DNA from: Anaeramoeba ignava BMAN
Taxonomy: Eukaryota > Protista > Anaeramoebae
Direction: 5' to 3'
Length of the DNA: 64,000 nt
NCBI GenBank assembly: GCA_028826165.1
Contig: JAPDFW010000081.1
Location: forward strand, 1,054,001-1,118,000
Below the pieces are notes generated by a model. The model was not told where the DNA came from, did no database searches, and saw only the letters and a program-made list of their open reading frames with translations. Below, piece after piece: positions 24,021 to 39,090 of the stretch (its first letter is position 1; each line of letters opens with the position of its first letter). The translations under genes were made by a program, and so were the position numbers.

Positions 24021-27000
24021 TTAATTAAAAGATAAAGAACCAATCATTAAAGTTCCATTATCAAAACCAGCAAGAATATGTTTTTCATCAGAAGTAAAAC
24101 AAACAAATAAAATAGGATGATTAAACTCAAAATTATAAATATTTTTCAAATCCCATAATTGACGAACTTGTATAACTCCTTGTTCACTTCCTGTGATTAA
24201 ATATTGGTCATTTCTTGTTAAATCCCAAGAATTAATATGTTGAGAAGTATCAATAATTTTAAGAAGTTTTCCATTAATACTAAACAATCGAATAGATAAA
24301 TCATTATCAGAATAAACAAGAATATTTCCTTCATTTGAAATTTTAAGCATTGATATTATTGATTGAGTATTGCTGTCATTTTTATTATTTTCATTATTCT
24401 CATTGATGAAAATTGATCGAACATATTGAGCATTTCTTAAAGAATGAATAATACAAGTTCCGTCTTTGGCTCCACTTACAACAATATCAAGTTCTTGATT
24501 CAAATCCACACTTGTTACTTCATCATCATGTCCATATAAAATATTCTTTGGTTTTTCTTTTACTTTTCCTTCTCTCAAATCAATTTTCCAAATCATTACT
24601 GTTGTATCTCTTGAGCCTGTTACTAATATTTCATGATCAATTGCTAAACATGTTACAATATCTTTATGTTGTGTTATTGATTGTATTAATTTGGAGTTGT
24701 CTAAATTTGTTAATTTGAAGCTGTTGTCCCAAAATCCACAACTGAAAAATATTTTTCCATTTCCTAAAATTGCAAAACAATTGCTCATCTTCGATATTCC
24801 AAATGCAAATGATACTCCAACTGTTTTTTTGATTCCTTTCATCAATGATTCAACCTCAAAAACAATTCCTTCTCCATTTTCTATTTGTTTTGTCATTTCT
24901 GTTATTGTTTCTTGTGGTTGAATTTTATTTTCAATTTCATTTTCAATTTCATTTTGAATTTGATTTTTATTTTCATTTTGATTTTCATTTTCGTTTTCAT
25001 TTTCATTTTCATTTTCATTTTCATTTTCATTTTCATTTTCATTTTCATTTTCATTTTCATTTTCATTTTCATTTTGACTTATATTTTCTGTATCTATTTC
25101 TGTTTCTGTGTCTGTTTCATTTAAAACATCAATTTTCTTTGATGGATCTGTTTCTTGTTCATCCAAACTTTTATCATTTTTGTCTTGAATTTCATTTTCA
25201 TTATTTTGATTTTCATTATTTTGATTTTCATTATTTTCATTTTGATTTAACGAAGTCGATTTTTTTAAAGATAATATTCGAGATAAAGAATTTGGCTTGT
25301 TTGATGTTGATGTTGCTATTAATTTGAATGTGGAAAGATATCTTTTCTTATCAAATATTGTTAAACGATTGTCAAAATGAACAAATAAAATTCCTGAATC
25401 TGTTAAATCCAAAGAATTTGTATAAATCTTTGCATATTTAGAAAAATCCCAATATAAAGGAATTGCATTTGATTTTGCAAGTGAATATCTTTTTGGATGA
25501 GGTTTTGTGAATATTTGACTTGGTGTTTGCCCAAAAAACTCAATTTGCTCTTCAATAGATTTTCTTTCTCTTTCATCAGTAATTAAATCAATATTAACTG
25601 AATTTTCATAAGTTAAATAATAGAAAATATTATATGCCTTTTTTGCTTCTTCTCCCTTTTGTTTGTATCCAAAAATCAAATCAATCCATTCGTGTAAATG
25701 TTGTGAAACATATTCACTTTCTAAAGCTCTTCTGTTTATTCTTATAAAATCTTCACTATTTTTTGCCCATTTGGGAAGAATTATATCTCCTATTATTGAT
25801 TCATTTTGTGTTTTTCCCAAATCAAATTGATTAAAATTTTGAAGGAATTCTGGGAAATAATAAAATTCAGGAATCAATTCTTTAACATCTGAAGAATTTG
25901 TTAAACAATTTTTCCATGTTTGTCCAATCGAACTAAATAAACGGTCTGCATGATCGAATTTTCCTCCTTGTAATTTAATTGACAAAGTTGTAAATGGTTC
26001 CATTCTGATTAAATAGTACAAAACGATTGCTTTTATAATTTAAATTTAAAATTAAAATTAAAATTAAAATTCATTTATAAAATTAAAATTAAATTTAAAA
26101 TTAAAATTCATTTTGAAAATTAAAATTGAAATATTTACCAGTGCTTGAATAATGTGAACCATAATAAAATGGTGGAATAACATTATCTGGATCTTCGAAA
26201 CTTTCATATCTATCAATAAATTCTTGAAGCCTCTTTTCATTTAATGCTCCAATAGGCTTTGAAAGATCTCTAAATGTTTTATCATCATTTAAATCCAAAT
26301 CTTCTGAATCATAATCTGAGATTACCCAAGGAAATACAGGATACTGAGAAACATCATTATATGTTCTTCCAGCAATAACATTCAATTCCATTAAATAATC
26401 AAAATTGGATATTTGTCTCTTCTGCCATTTTTTAGTAAGATGTGTTTTTCGAAGCCATTCTGAAGGTCTTCCTGAATCAATTTTGAAAATATTAGGCAAT
26501 TTCAAATTGATAATTTTTCGGAAAACAACATTTCTATTCTGTTTTGGAAAATGAAGGAAGAAATTTTTCTTGTTGGTTAAAAATATTTCCAATCCGGATT
26601 GTCTTAGTCTGTATGATCTTTTATAAACTTTTCGAATTTCTTTCAATTGCCAAGAACGGTCTTTAAAAATAGTATCAGCACTTCTATTAAGAATATTGTA
26701 TTTATCAAGTGTAGAATCCTTATTGGCTTCAATTGCAGCCTCTTTATTTGGATAAAAATCAAGTGATTTTGTTGATATTTCAAGAATTCCGGGTATGATT
26801 GTGAGTGGGGAAAGTAAAGAGCATTCTGTTCGATATATAACTTTCTTAACATTTATATTTGTGGGTGTGTTTTCATTGGATTCCATTGTTGATGTTTCAT
26901 CACCTTTGTTGTAATTCACTGTGCTGTCATCAAATTCATCTTCTGCATTATCTTCTCCATCAATATTTGCAATCATTTTAATTCCAGAAAGTGATTTCTT

Positions 27001-30000
27001 CGCTTGATTTGTCATTTTCTCAAGTTGCATTTTGTCATATGTTTCGATAATGATTTTATCTGCTGCTTCTCTTGAACCTTCATCTCTTCTTATTGAGGCT
27101 TCAAAGTGGTTATCGAAATGATAGTTCTGTTTCAGTTTTTTGCGTCGATGATGATCATCTTCTGTTCTGTCAAGTTTCCAATGAATTGCGTTTGAGGAAT
27201 CTCGAGATCCCCAAGGTCCTCTTTCATTACTTACACTCCTAAGTGCCCAAGTCCATTTTCTTGCGGATATTGCCTTCTTCTTTGTTTTTAATTCGTATAA
27301 TTTCACTATTCTCTGGTTTTCCTCTTGCACTTTTGATGGAAACCATTTATTCAATAATTCGTTTGGTTGTTTTTTTTATTGATTGTATTTTTTCAATCAA
27401 TTTCTTGTTGATATTTGTTTCTAATTCTTGCACTGAAGTTATAATTTCTTGTGAATAAATTTTGCATTCAATTTCTTTTTCAATCCGAAATTTATCAACT
27501 TCCTTGTGGAAAAACTCTTTAATCGCAGATTTCCAATCAGGATTGCTAAATGTTGTTATAAGTTGCTCTTTTGTTTGATGGAAAATGCTAGAGTTTGATT
27601 TGTTATTTGGAAGAAGAAGAATCCCTGATTTATCTCGAACAGTGCTTGCAAGAAACGAATATGATTTCTTGAATATTTTTTGGATATATTCTAATAACAT
27701 TTTTTCAAAATATTTTTTTTCGATTTTCTGTTGTTGTAAATTTTCTTGTGGTTTTGTCATTTCATTATCTATTTTTTCTTGGTTATCATCAACAACATTT
27801 TCAGGTAAAATACTATCAAGATGTTTCTCTTTCTCTTTCTCTTTTTCTTTCTCATTCCATATAAATGTTAATTTATTGGAATCTTCAAGTGCTGAAAATA
27901 AACACGAAAGTATTATCGATGTAATCTCATTTCTAATAGGTTTAAGAGATGATATTTTTTGGATATTTCTGAAGATATCGTATAATTTTTCAAAAAACAA
28001 GTCATTTTGCTCAATCTCAAAATTTTTGATACCATTTAAAATTATAGAAATGATATTTTGGATAATAAACTTCAATTTTTCCTTTTCAGAAATCACAGAC
28101 TTGCTTTTTGTTAAGTAAACCAATCCAATTTCAGAAAACAAATTGATAAAATCTTTAATAATATCCAAATCTTCCCAATCCATTCCCTTCATCCTGAATT
28201 GACTTGTTAGAATAAAATCACCATAATTCTTATGAATCGTTAATAATTCGTTCATCTCCTTGATTTCTTTTGGTTTTGAATCGGTATTTTCTTGGTCTTG
28301 TGAGTTTAGAGACTCATTTAAAATACGGAAATACTCTGGCCCTATTGTTCTTCTAAGTAACTTTTTGTTTTTTAATTTCTGGTTCAGAGCCATTGATTCT
28401 TTTCGTAAAAGTTTTTTCTCTCCATCTTTTTTTGACTTTTTTGTTGAAACCTGTTTGTATGTAAAGCTAACAAACTTGGAAAACAAATCTGACAAACTAA
28501 TGAAATTATCAGCAAAAATTGCTGAATTTGTTACAACATTTTTAATTCCTTTCTTTTCGCTTATCAATTGTTTAATCTCAGAAATAATATCTGAATAAAG
28601 TCTACGCAAAAAATTAATTTCCATATTTTCCGTTTCCCACGAAGTATTTTGAACAAAATGTGTAGTTTGCTCAAAGTATTGAGTGCCGTTTTTATCACTA
28701 AAAATACTATAAATATGGATGATACGAAATATTGTGAAAATCCCTTCAATAATTTGCTTTTTGAACAACTGAAATTTTTGTTCGTCTTCGCTATTTTGTT
28801 TTTTATTCATTTTGGAAAGATATATATCAATCAACCATTGTTGCCATCCAAATTGCTTGATCATAATTTCCTTGTTTTTATCATTTCCTTTTAATATATT
28901 AATAATTGTATTGGTTGCATGGACTGTCAATTCTTTTGGATCGTTATTTTGGATAAAGCTAAAAATTGTTTCTAAAACACAAGATCTTTTTATTGTTAAT
29001 GAATTAAATAATTCATCTTGACTTTCATCAGTAATTTCAGCTTGCGATGAAACTAATATTGAGAACAAAACATTACATATTTTTTTTGTAAACGAATGAC
29101 TTATCAAAATGTTATGTATTGTTTCATATCCTTTTTTTGAGATTAATCTACTTTTCCATTTCTTCTTCGGATATAAATCTGAATAATTCCCTAAATCATA
29201 TAAAATATGCAATGATAATGCACGAAGATCATCATCATCAGAATTGAGAAATATAATAAAAGTATCCATAAACTTGAAAGAATTGAGAGAATCAAGAAGT
29301 TTCAATTTCTGAGCTTCTGTTTCTTTTTCAATTTGCTTTTTTTGATTTTGATTTTGATTCTCAGAATCTTTATTATAATTATTTGACCATTCCTTACATT
29401 TAGCATCTGTATGAATTAAATCATGAATAACCAAAAGAATATCTTTAATCTCATCAGTATGATTAATATCAATCATTGCAAACGAATACATAATGACTGA
29501 TGAAATTTCTTGTGAGTTTTGTGAATGCAAAATCAAATTAGTGATACATTGAACTAACAATTTGCGGATTTGTTTTGATTCTTCAAGAGAAGGTCTTTTT
29601 CCAATCAGTTCTTTTGTTACTGAATGGAATCTATTCTCAATTCCTTTTGAATAAGTTTCTGCTGTAATCCAATAGTATAAACGAAGAATATTCATAATAT
29701 CTTGAGTTGAGATTTTACCATGGAAATTATTTAAAGAATTTGGAACTAATACCTTCAAAAATACTTGTTTAATCAATTTGATTTGAACTTCAAAACTACT
29801 ATATATCCAATTATCAAAATCTAAGACAAAATTGTTAATTAAATCTGTTAATAAATCTTGATTTTGAATTGACATAATAAATGTTTTCAGTGATTTAACA
29901 ACATTTATTGTGATATGTTTTGGTGAAAATGTTTGTAGAAGATGGCTTATTATTTGAAATCCATAAGAACGTTTCATATCTTCTTGATTAGATGTACTTT

Positions 30001-33000
30001 GAACTAACATTTGGAAGATTAACTGTAATATTTGTCCTGACATATTTGGATCGATTGAATAATCAATCATTTGCTTTAAAGAATTAAAATCCATTAAATT
30101 TGTTTGATTTTGTTCATTTTCATTTTCATTTTCTTTTTCTTTTGAAAAATTATCCATATTTAAAAATTTTAAATTTTGAGGAGAAGCAGCTGGTTGATCA
30201 AGTTGAGCTAAAAGCGGGAATAATATTTTGATTCCTCCTAAACAATGAATAATATCTTCCAAATCTCTTGAAACATACTTAAACATTCCAACAATTTTTG
30301 CCTTTTGAATTACAGAAACAGGACTTTGGTCAATACAATAATGAAGATCGCAAGCTTTACTATTGAAATTGAAAAATATTTTTTCTGCTAAAGATCCATC
30401 TAATGCGTTGATAGTATATGGAGATGTAAGAGGACTTCCTGAATAACTCATCGTCTTTCTTATTGTTTTTGGGCTATTTGATGTGGTTGAAACTAAATTG
30501 AATGATGCATCTTCAAAAGAAGACATATAATCAGGTCCTAATTGATATATTCCTGTAATTTGTGTTTGATGAAGAGCATCTGTAAAGAAATAAATTGTTC
30601 CCATTTGCCCAAAAAAATGGTTTCCTTGAGAATTTGAATTATCTTTTTGCTTTACGATGAAATTTGATCCAATCCTGTTTTTTGTCAATGGGAAATTAAT
30701 ATTTGGATATTTCAATGGATATTTGCCAACACAAAACCCATCAATATAAAATTTAACTTCTCCTGATGAAGTCCATCTTGGTGATGAATGGGTAATTGCG
30801 AAAAAACACCATTTTCTTAATGATATATAAAAGGGAAAAGTGCAATAATCAACTTTATTTGGCAAAACAACTTTCAAAACTAAATCTGCAATGGGTTCAG
30901 AATACCGAGACAAATCCAAATTTTGATCTTCACTATTTTCATTCATCTCTTGTAAATCCATTTTCAAGTTATCGAGGCTTATTGTTTGGTGCTTTTTCTT
31001 GAGTTTGATTTTTGTCTGATTTACATTTGGTATAATTTCGTTTTCGATGTTTGTATTTGTGCTTGATTTGGATTTTGGATCTGAATTATTTGCTTGTTTC
31101 CTGTATTTGAAGTATATTTCAATACCATGACCACTTTCATTTAAAAAACTCAATATTCTTGGTTCATAATTTGGTTTGCTTAAAGGATCTTCAAAGTTTT
31201 CCACTCTCAACCATGTTGAAAACGAGTATCCTTTTGATGATGGCCATTTATCAAGTTGTGGTATTTCAAGACATGATGATCTTCCATTGAAATCAAAAAA
31301 TACTTTTGGTTGTATTTTCTTGTCAATACTTTTTGAACCAAGCATTTTTTGCATTGCTTCTAATAATAAATGAGAATAAGGCGGACGAAAGTCTCCTTTC
31401 AAACTTTTCAGCAGAATAAACAAAGTTTTCAATTCTTTGACAGTCATACTATGTGATCCAATAACACCAAGTAATCTTATTGTTTGTTCAAGAACTATTT
31501 GCAATAATTTTTTTTTCTCTTCATCTTCATCTTCTTTTTCTTTTTCGAAATATTCTTCATATGATTGAAGATTTGGTATCAAATTTGCAAGAAAAGAAAC
31601 AAGTCCAACTTCACAACAACAAGATGCATTATGAATTGACATTTCACAAATTTCAGAAAATGTTTCCAACAAATTATAAAATATCTGCAAATCTTCTTTT
31701 CTTTTTCCTTTTGAAAACATTTCAAACATTATCATTATAACTTCTGGATTTTGGATCAAAAAATTCTTTTCCTTATCAAAATAATTATAATCAATATATG
31801 GGAACATCCCGTTAAAATAATCATCATGATAATACTCGTTTTGATTCGCGTTATCCAAATCATTTTCATTTTGGTTTTCATTTTCAAAAATGGGTGGAGA
31901 ATAATTATTGTTAACAACCATATTCAATAACAAATTATAAGTTGAAATTGATGGATTTTTAAACTCAGCATTATATATCAAGTTTCCTAAGCTTTTGTAT
32001 CCAACATCATATTTGAATTCAAGCATGTTTTCTCTATTTCCTCGAAACAATTCAATAAACACTTTCAAAACATCCACAATTAAATTATTCCCAAACAGAG
32101 AACTACCCAAAAATGTGACAAGCATTTGAAAAGAACCCGCAGATACAAAAAGTTGTTGCAAAGGGTTTTGATGTTGAAAAATACAAGAAGAAGTTGCAAA
32201 AAGAATGGATTTTATCAATAAAATGAATTTATGACTTTGTGATTTTTGAGACATTATTCTTTCTTGTTTTTGATGAATAGACATTAAAAATTCTATAAAT
32301 GATGTGAACAATTCAAACCAAATTAAGGATGGTGTTTCTTCAGGTGCAGCAAGCATAAATCTAGCCAATTGATACAATGAGTATTTTTGGATTTGAGGCT
32401 CAAGAAGTAGGCACAATAATAACTTATTTAAAAGTAGATCATTATCATTTTCTTCAATAAATTTTGATCTCATTTCAAAATCAATGAAGAATACATCAAT
32501 AACCTCAAATAATTTGAGCCGAGTCTCATAAACCAAATCAAGCGAATATTTTTTGGTTTCTGATTCAAATTTCCATTCTTTAGTAGAAACACATTTATTA
32601 ATATATTTCTTCTTTTGTTCTTCATTTAAACAATTTTGGAATGTTTGAAATTCAAATAAATCCTTTGATAAATCGGTGAATATTTTGATTGCTTTAATTT
32701 GATAAAGTGAAGATATTGTCATTTTGGGAACATTTTTTAAAATGACTATCAATGAATCTAATGCTTGCGTGATAACATTCAAATTAAACCAATTTTCTTT
32801 GATTAAATTAACTAAAGCTTTGCATTCCTCAATATTTGTTATTTTTTCATTTGAACCAACATATGTAATGAATTTGAATAAATAATCAGATATTTGGAAA
32901 AGTAATTCTTCTGATTTGGGAGGTCCAATAAAATCATTATTTAATTCATAATAGAAAAAATTTGAAAAGAATATTTGCCATAAATTTCTTGATCCTAAAA

Positions 33001-35638
33001 GATCTAAACTTTCCTGATCCAAACTATTTGCGAATAGCATTAAAACTTCATACTAAAAAAAAACAAAATTATTTAAAAACACAAAATTATTTTTTTTAAT
33101 CTTTTCATTTTTGCTTTTGTTATTTACTTGAAGTTGAGGAGAAATTGAAAGTACAAAATTTCTTGCGTTTGTATTTGTGAATGATTTATGAAAATTATAA
33201 TGAAATAAATCTAAGCAAACAAATAAAATCCTATCTTTAATTCTCATATCAATTTCAGATGTAGAAGTCCAAGTTTGAATATTTTTCCATGATGTTTCAG
33301 TAAAAATCTTAGTTTCTTGATTTGTATTTGTATTTGTATTTGTATTTTTATTTGTATTTGTATTTGTATTTGTATTTGTAATATTTTCTTGGTTTGATTT
33401 TAATTGACGAATTGCTTGTGAATTATTTGTACTTTCAAGACAAATATCTCCTAAAATTTGGAATAATCTATGAATATAAGGATTGTCAACATTTTGAACT
33501 TTACGAACAGGTTTTGTAATTCGATTGCATTGAGAAATGTCAAAATTTTTGGTTATAAGAACTTCTCTTGGTAAATTATTTTTGAATTCTTTTTAAAAAG
33601 AAGATATTTTAAAATGAGATTTATTTTTTGGATGAAAAATTTATTTGTTTTACCTTCAGGATCATAAATATTTTTTTCATTCAAACGAAAATCAATATTT
33701 GAACTAAAATTAAATTGAATAGGAGTAGTTTCTTTTGATTGTCTTTTGATTTGGTCCAATAATTGTTCTTTTTTCTTTTTTGAAATTTCTGATAGTTTTG
33801 TTTCAATTAAATTATTATTCTCTTGAATAAAACTGGCAACAATATCAGAAGGAAAATTTTGAGCAACCCAAAGAATAAAATCACATAAATGAGAAAACTT
33901 AACATTTTTTCCGACTTGAACTTCTGCATTTGCATTATCAGCAATTAATTCTCTAAATAATTGAAGAATAACCATTCTAATTTGAAATTCTATATTTTGA
34001 GTTTGTTCTGTTGATAAAAGATCGTTTCCAGATAAATCTGGATTGTGTTCTTGGTGATAATTTTGGATAAAAAAATAGTAAAGAACTTCACTTGTTATTA
34101 TTGGTTTATCTGATTTTTCTTGTGAGTTATTTTGGTTATTTTTTTGTGATTCTTCAAATGAATGAATTTTTAATCCTGGAAGTGATAAATTTGGACGTGA
34201 TAACATTCCGATTAATATATCTGTGATTCTGTAAAATGTTTCATTGGAAAGAAGACCTGAACTTGATATTACAAGCATTGTGTTGATTAAATTGATTTGG
34301 ATATTGTATTGAATTTGATTAAAAAGAACAAATTCATTTAATTTCCTCATTTTTTCAAGGAAGCCTAAAAAAAAATATATTAAATATTTAAAAAAATTTT
34401 TAAAATAATAAAAATTAAATACTTACTAACAAGTGAATCAATTAATCCTGATTTAATTATCCATTCAAGATCAGATTTATCTGATTGGGAAAAATTTGAG
34501 AAAAATGATTCATTTAAATATGTTGGTTTAATCATTGAAAAATGTGAAATTATATCTAAAATCTTTGTAATTAGAAATTCAATCAATAATAAATTTTGTG
34601 TTTGAAAGAGATTTAAAGTGATAATTTTATCTTCTTTTTCTTTTTCTTTTTCTTTTTGTTTTGATTGTAAATCCTGAAGAAAGAAAAAACAAGGAAATGA
34701 ACACAAAAAATTTTTGTTGATTAAAAATTGATTAAAACCTTATTTAGAAAAAAAGAAAATAAATCATTTGTTAAAGTTGCAATTTCAACAACTTCTTGAA
34801 ATAAACCATAATTGATTAAACGATTTCTATTAAATTTTGAACGAGATAAAATAGATATAACTTCAAGTGCAATTGGAGCTAAAATATTAAGTTCTTCTTG
34901 TTGATTTGAAATTCTTTTTTCAATTTCTTAATGAAAAAATTTTAAATTGAAAAAATTAAATTGGAAAAAATTTAAATTGAAAAAATTTAATTGAAAAAAA
35001 TAAAATTGAAAAAATTAAATTACCTTCCATTAAACCAGTTTTATAAGTAATTAAAACACGAAGAAATCGAATTATAAATTCTATAGGTTGAGCATAATCT
35101 TTATTGATTGCTTCTTGAATAACAATTTTTTCTAAGACTTCAGGATCTATTTCGTCTTCATTTTGTTTATTTTGATCTTTTTTTCTTTGTCGATTTTTTT
35201 TGGATTTTTTCATTTCATTTTCTTTTTTGATTTGAGATTGTTTTTGAATTTCTTCTTTCTTTTCTTGTGTAATTTGCTTTATAAATTCATCCTCTTGATA
35301 ATTAGGTTCCCAATTATTATATAATTCAATAAAAGTTGTACCAATTTTCATGTACCATTCAGAAATTGATTTCTTTATAAACAAATAAATTAACCAATTT
35401 TAAAAATTTTTCAAAAAAAATAATAATTAAAATTTATTAAAGAGAAATTTTTCTTTTTTGAAAAATTACAACGTCTTTTATTTGTTTTCTTTTTTGCCAT
35501 AAATCTTCTATTATTTCTCCTGATGGAGAATGATTTAAAAATCCACTACTTTCAAATGTAAAAATGTTTGAAAAAACATCAAAATTTTTTGTTGTTTTTG
35601 TTGTTTTTGTTTTTTTAAAAATTCCTTTAAAAAGCCAT
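24021..35638 (-). CDS. Giant BEACH-domain protein (neurobeachin/Lvs-like): ConA/LamG-like, DUF4704-like, PH, BEACH, WD40; multi-exon, with at least one apparent frameshift (~27370)
   Basis: [107 protein letters not shown]40 repeats; 5' exon structure approximate. Confidence 0.92.
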
Positions 35639-35768
35639 AAAGAAAAATAAAAAAAAAAATGAAAAAAAAAATGAAAAAAAAAAATCAAAAAGAAAAAATT
35701 TTTTTTGCTTTTTTTTTTAATTTGATGAATTGTTTTAAAAAAAAAGAAAATTAAAAAAAAAAAGTGGA

Positions 35769-38700
35769 TCAAAATTCTAAAATTAAATCTAAAAAAGAAT
35801 TTTGATTTAATTGATAATAATCTTTAACATCTTCAAGTTCTTGAATAATTTGTTTTGTAATTTTATTTTCTTCAATTTCATCATTATAAATAAAATATAT
35901 TAATTGTTGAATTGTTTCAAATGTTTTTCCTGTATAATCATGAACTTCATTTGATGAATCTTCAACACTTAAAAACATTCCTTTAAATAATTCACTTCTT
36001 ATCATTAATATTAATTTATGAACTTTAACTTCTTTTTCTTCACAAATTATTGTAAAATTTTTACTTTCATTTTCTTGATAAAATTTTTGGAAATCTTTTA
36101 TTATTCCTTTTCTTCCTTTTTTTATATTTATCCAATTTAAATCTAATCCTATTTCTTTGAAAAATTCTTCAATAATTTCATTTTCTGAAATATTGTTTAA
36201 TTTTGGATATTTTTCAGTTTTATAATTGATTAAATTATGGAATATTTCAATAAAATTATCAAAATCAGGAAATCCAGTATAAAGGAAATTAATACAAAGT
36301 TGAACAATTTCTTTTGATTTTTGAGAACAAATATTAACAAATTTATTTAATATTGAATAATCATTATCAAATCTTAATAGAATAATTTGTTTATGAAGAT
36401 TGAAATTGAAAGAATCATTTGATTTAATTTGGAAATCTGGAAAATTTTCATTTGATTTTAAGAAATTATTTAAATCTTGATTAATTGAATAAATTTTTGG
36501 GAAAATATCCATAATTTCTTGTGTAATTTGTTGTTTTTCTATATTGAAAATATCAGCATCATTCATTAATAAAATTTGAATTTTTTTTCTATCATGATTA
36601 CTATTGGCAATTTGTAATGGTGATTGATTTTTATTGTTTCTTGCATTTATATCTGCACCTTTTTCAATTAATAATTTGATAATTTCATTGGATTTTTCGT
36701 TTTGGTATTTGCAAGTTGAATGCAAAGCAGTTTGGTTAAAATGATCTTTATGATTTACATCTGCACCTTTTTCAATTAGATATTTGATAATTTCGAATGA
36801 ATTTTCATTGTTTTGATCTTGACAAAATAAATTTAAAATTGTTTTATTATTATAATTCCCTGAATTTATATCTGAACCATTTTCGATTAGATATTTGATA
36901 ATTTCCATTGTATTTTGATTTTGGTATTGATAAACTAAATGCAAGCCAATCACTTGATTTTTATTTGTTCTAGCATTTATATCTATTCCTTTTTCAACCA
37001 ATAATTTGATAATTTCAAATGAATTTTCATTTTGTTGATATTGACAAGCAAAATGCAAGGCAGTTTGATTATGAATAGTTTTGGCATTAATATCTGAACC
37101 TTTTTCAATTAACAATTTGATAATTTCAAATGCATTTTCTTTTTGTTGATATTGGCAAACAAAATGTAAAGGTGTTTCATTGATAGATTTAATTTTTGAA
37201 CTAAGATCTGAACCTTTTTCAACCAATAATTTGATAATTTCAAATGAATTTTCATTTTGTTGATATTGACAAGCAAAATGTAAAGGTATTTCATCTCTCA
37301 AAGTTTTAGAATTAATATCTGAACCTTTTTCAATTAATAAATTGATAATTTGAAATGAATTTTCATTTTGTTGATATTGAGAAGCTAGATGTAAAGGTAT
37401 TTGATTATTTTCATTTTTAGAATTAATATCTGAACCTTTTTCAATCAATAATTTGATAATTTCAAATGAATTTTCATTTTGTTGATATTGACAAGCAAAA
37501 TGTAAAGGTATTTCATTTCTCAAAGTTTTAGAATTAATATTTGAACCTTTTTCAATTAATAAATTGATAATTTCAAATGAATTTTCATTTTGTTGATATT
37601 GGCAAGCTAAATGTAAAGGTATTTGATTATTTTCATTTTTAGAATTAATATCTGAACCTTTTTCAACCAATAATTTGATAATTTCAAATGCATTTTCATT
37701 TTGTTGATATTGAGAAGCTAAATGTAAAAGAGTTTCGTTACTTTCAGTTTTTATATTACAATCTGAACCTTTTTCAATTAAAAATTTAATAATTTGAAAT
37801 GAATTTTTGTTATTGTTTTTTAAACAAAAATGTAAAGCTATTTCATTATCATAGGTTTTCGCATTAATATCTATTCCTTTTTCAACCAACAATTTGATAA
37901 TTTGAAATGCATTTTCATTTTGTTGGTATTGGCAAGCTAAATGTAAAGATGTTTGATTATTTTCGTAACTTTGAGCATTAATATCTGAACCTTTTTCAAC
38001 CAACAATTTGATAACTTCAAATGCATTTTCATTTTGTTGATATTCACAAGCAAAATTTAAAGCTATTTCATTATAATTAGTTTGAGAATTTATATCTGCA
38101 CCTTTTTCAATAAGAAATTTAATAATTTGAAATGAATTTTCATTTTGTTGATATTGAGAAGCTAAATGCAAAGGTGATTCATTGTAATAAGTTTGAGAAT
38201 TAATATCTGAACCATTTTCAATTAGAAATTTGATAATTTCAAATGAATTTTCTTTTTTTTGATATTGACAAGCTAAATGCAAAGCTATTTCATCTCTCAA
38301 AGTTTGAGAATTAATATCTGAACCATTTTCAATTAGAAATTTGATAATTTCAAATGAATTTTCTTTTTTTTGATATTGGCAAGCTAAATGTAAAGGTGAT
38401 TGATTTTTTTCATTTTTGGAATTAATATCTGCACCTTTTTCAATAAGAAATTTAATGATTTCAAATGAATTTTGATTTTTTTGATATTGGCAAGCTAAAT
38501 GCAAAGGTGTTTGGTTGTAATCATTTTTGGAATTAATATCTAAGCCTTTTTCAATAAGAAATTTAATAATTTCAAATGAATTTTCATTTTTATTTTGGCA
38601 AGCTAAATGTAAAGGTGATTCATTGTAATCATTTTTAGAGTTAATATCAGCACCTTTTTCAATAAGAAATTTAATGATTTGAAATGAATTTTGATTTTTT

Positions 38701-39038
38701 TGATATTGACAAGCTAAATGCAAAGGTGCTTGGTTGTAATCATTTTTAGAATTAATATCTGCACCTTTTTCAATAAGAAATTTAATAATTTCAAACGAAT
38801 TTTCATTTTCTTGATTTCGACAAGCTAAATGTAAAGATGGTTGATTGTAATCATCTTTAGAATTAATATCTGCACCTTTTTCAATAAGAAATTTAATAAT
38901 TTCAAATGTTATATTTTCTTTTTTCAGTGCAAAATGGAAAAAGGAATTGTTTTGTGTTGTTAATTCTTCTTGTAATTCATTTTCTAAATTTTGAAGAAAA
39001 TGAATATCATTTTGTTCAATAGCTTCACGAATATCCAT
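35769..39038 (-). CDS. Ankyrin-repeat protein (>20 repeats) with a C-terminal BTB-like module
   Basis: Repeating PLHLACQYQ..SFEIIKFLIEKGADIN; C-terminal VHKLILMIRSELFKGMF..QLIYFIYND. Confidence 0.93.
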   Translation of the reverse strand: MDIREAIEQNDIHFLQNLENELQEELTTQNNSFFHFALKKENITFEIIKFLIEKGADINSKDDYNQPSLHLACRNQENENSFEIIKFLIEKGADINSKNDYNQAPLHLACQYQKNQNSFQIIKFLIEKGADINSKNDYNESPLHLACQNKNENSFEIIKFLIEKGLDINSKNDYNQTPLHLACQYQKNQNSFEIIKFLIEKGADINSKNEKNQSPLHLACQYQKKENSFEIIKFLIENGSDINSQTLRDEIALHLACQYQKKENSFEIIKFLIENGSDINSQTYYNESPLHLASQYQQNENSFQIIKFLIEKGADINSQTNYNEIALNFACEYQQNENAFEVIKLLVEKGSDINAQSYENNQTSLHLACQYQQNENAFQIIKLLVEKGIDINAKTYDNEIALHFCLKNNNKNSFQIIKFLIEKGSDCNIKTESNETLLHLASQYQQNENAFEIIKLLVEKGSDINSKNENNQIPLHLACQYQQNENSFEIINLLIEKGSNINSKTLRNEIPLHFACQYQQNENSFEIIKLLIEKGSDINSKNENNQIPLHLASQYQQNENSFQIINLLIEKGSDINSKTLRDEIPLHFACQYQQNENSFEIIKLLVEKGSDLSSKIKSINETPLHFVCQYQQKENAFEIIKLLIEKGSDINAKTIHNQTALHFACQYQQNENSFEIIKLLVEKGIDINARTNKNQVIGLHLVYQYQNQNTMEIIKYLIENGSDINSGNYNNKTILNLFCQDQNNENSFEIIKYLIEKGADVNHKDHFNQTALHSTCKYQNEKSNEIIKLLIEKGADINARNNKNQSPLQIANSNHDRKKIQILLMNDADIFNIEKQQITQEIMDIFPKIYSINQDLNNFLKSNENFPDFQIKSNDSFNFNLHKQIILLRFDNDYSILNKFVNICSQKSKEIVQLCINFLYTGFPDFDNFIEIFHNLINYKTEKYPKLNNISENEIIEEFFKEIGLDLNWINIKKGRKGIIKDFQKFYQENESKNFTIICEEKEVKVHKLILMIRSELFKGMFLSVEDSSNEVHDYTGKTFETIQQLIYFIYNDEIEENKITKQIIQELEDVKDYYQLNQNSFLDLILEF

Positions 39039-39090
39039 TTTTTTTTATGAAAAGAAAAAAATGAAAAAAATGAAAAGAAAAAAATTTTTT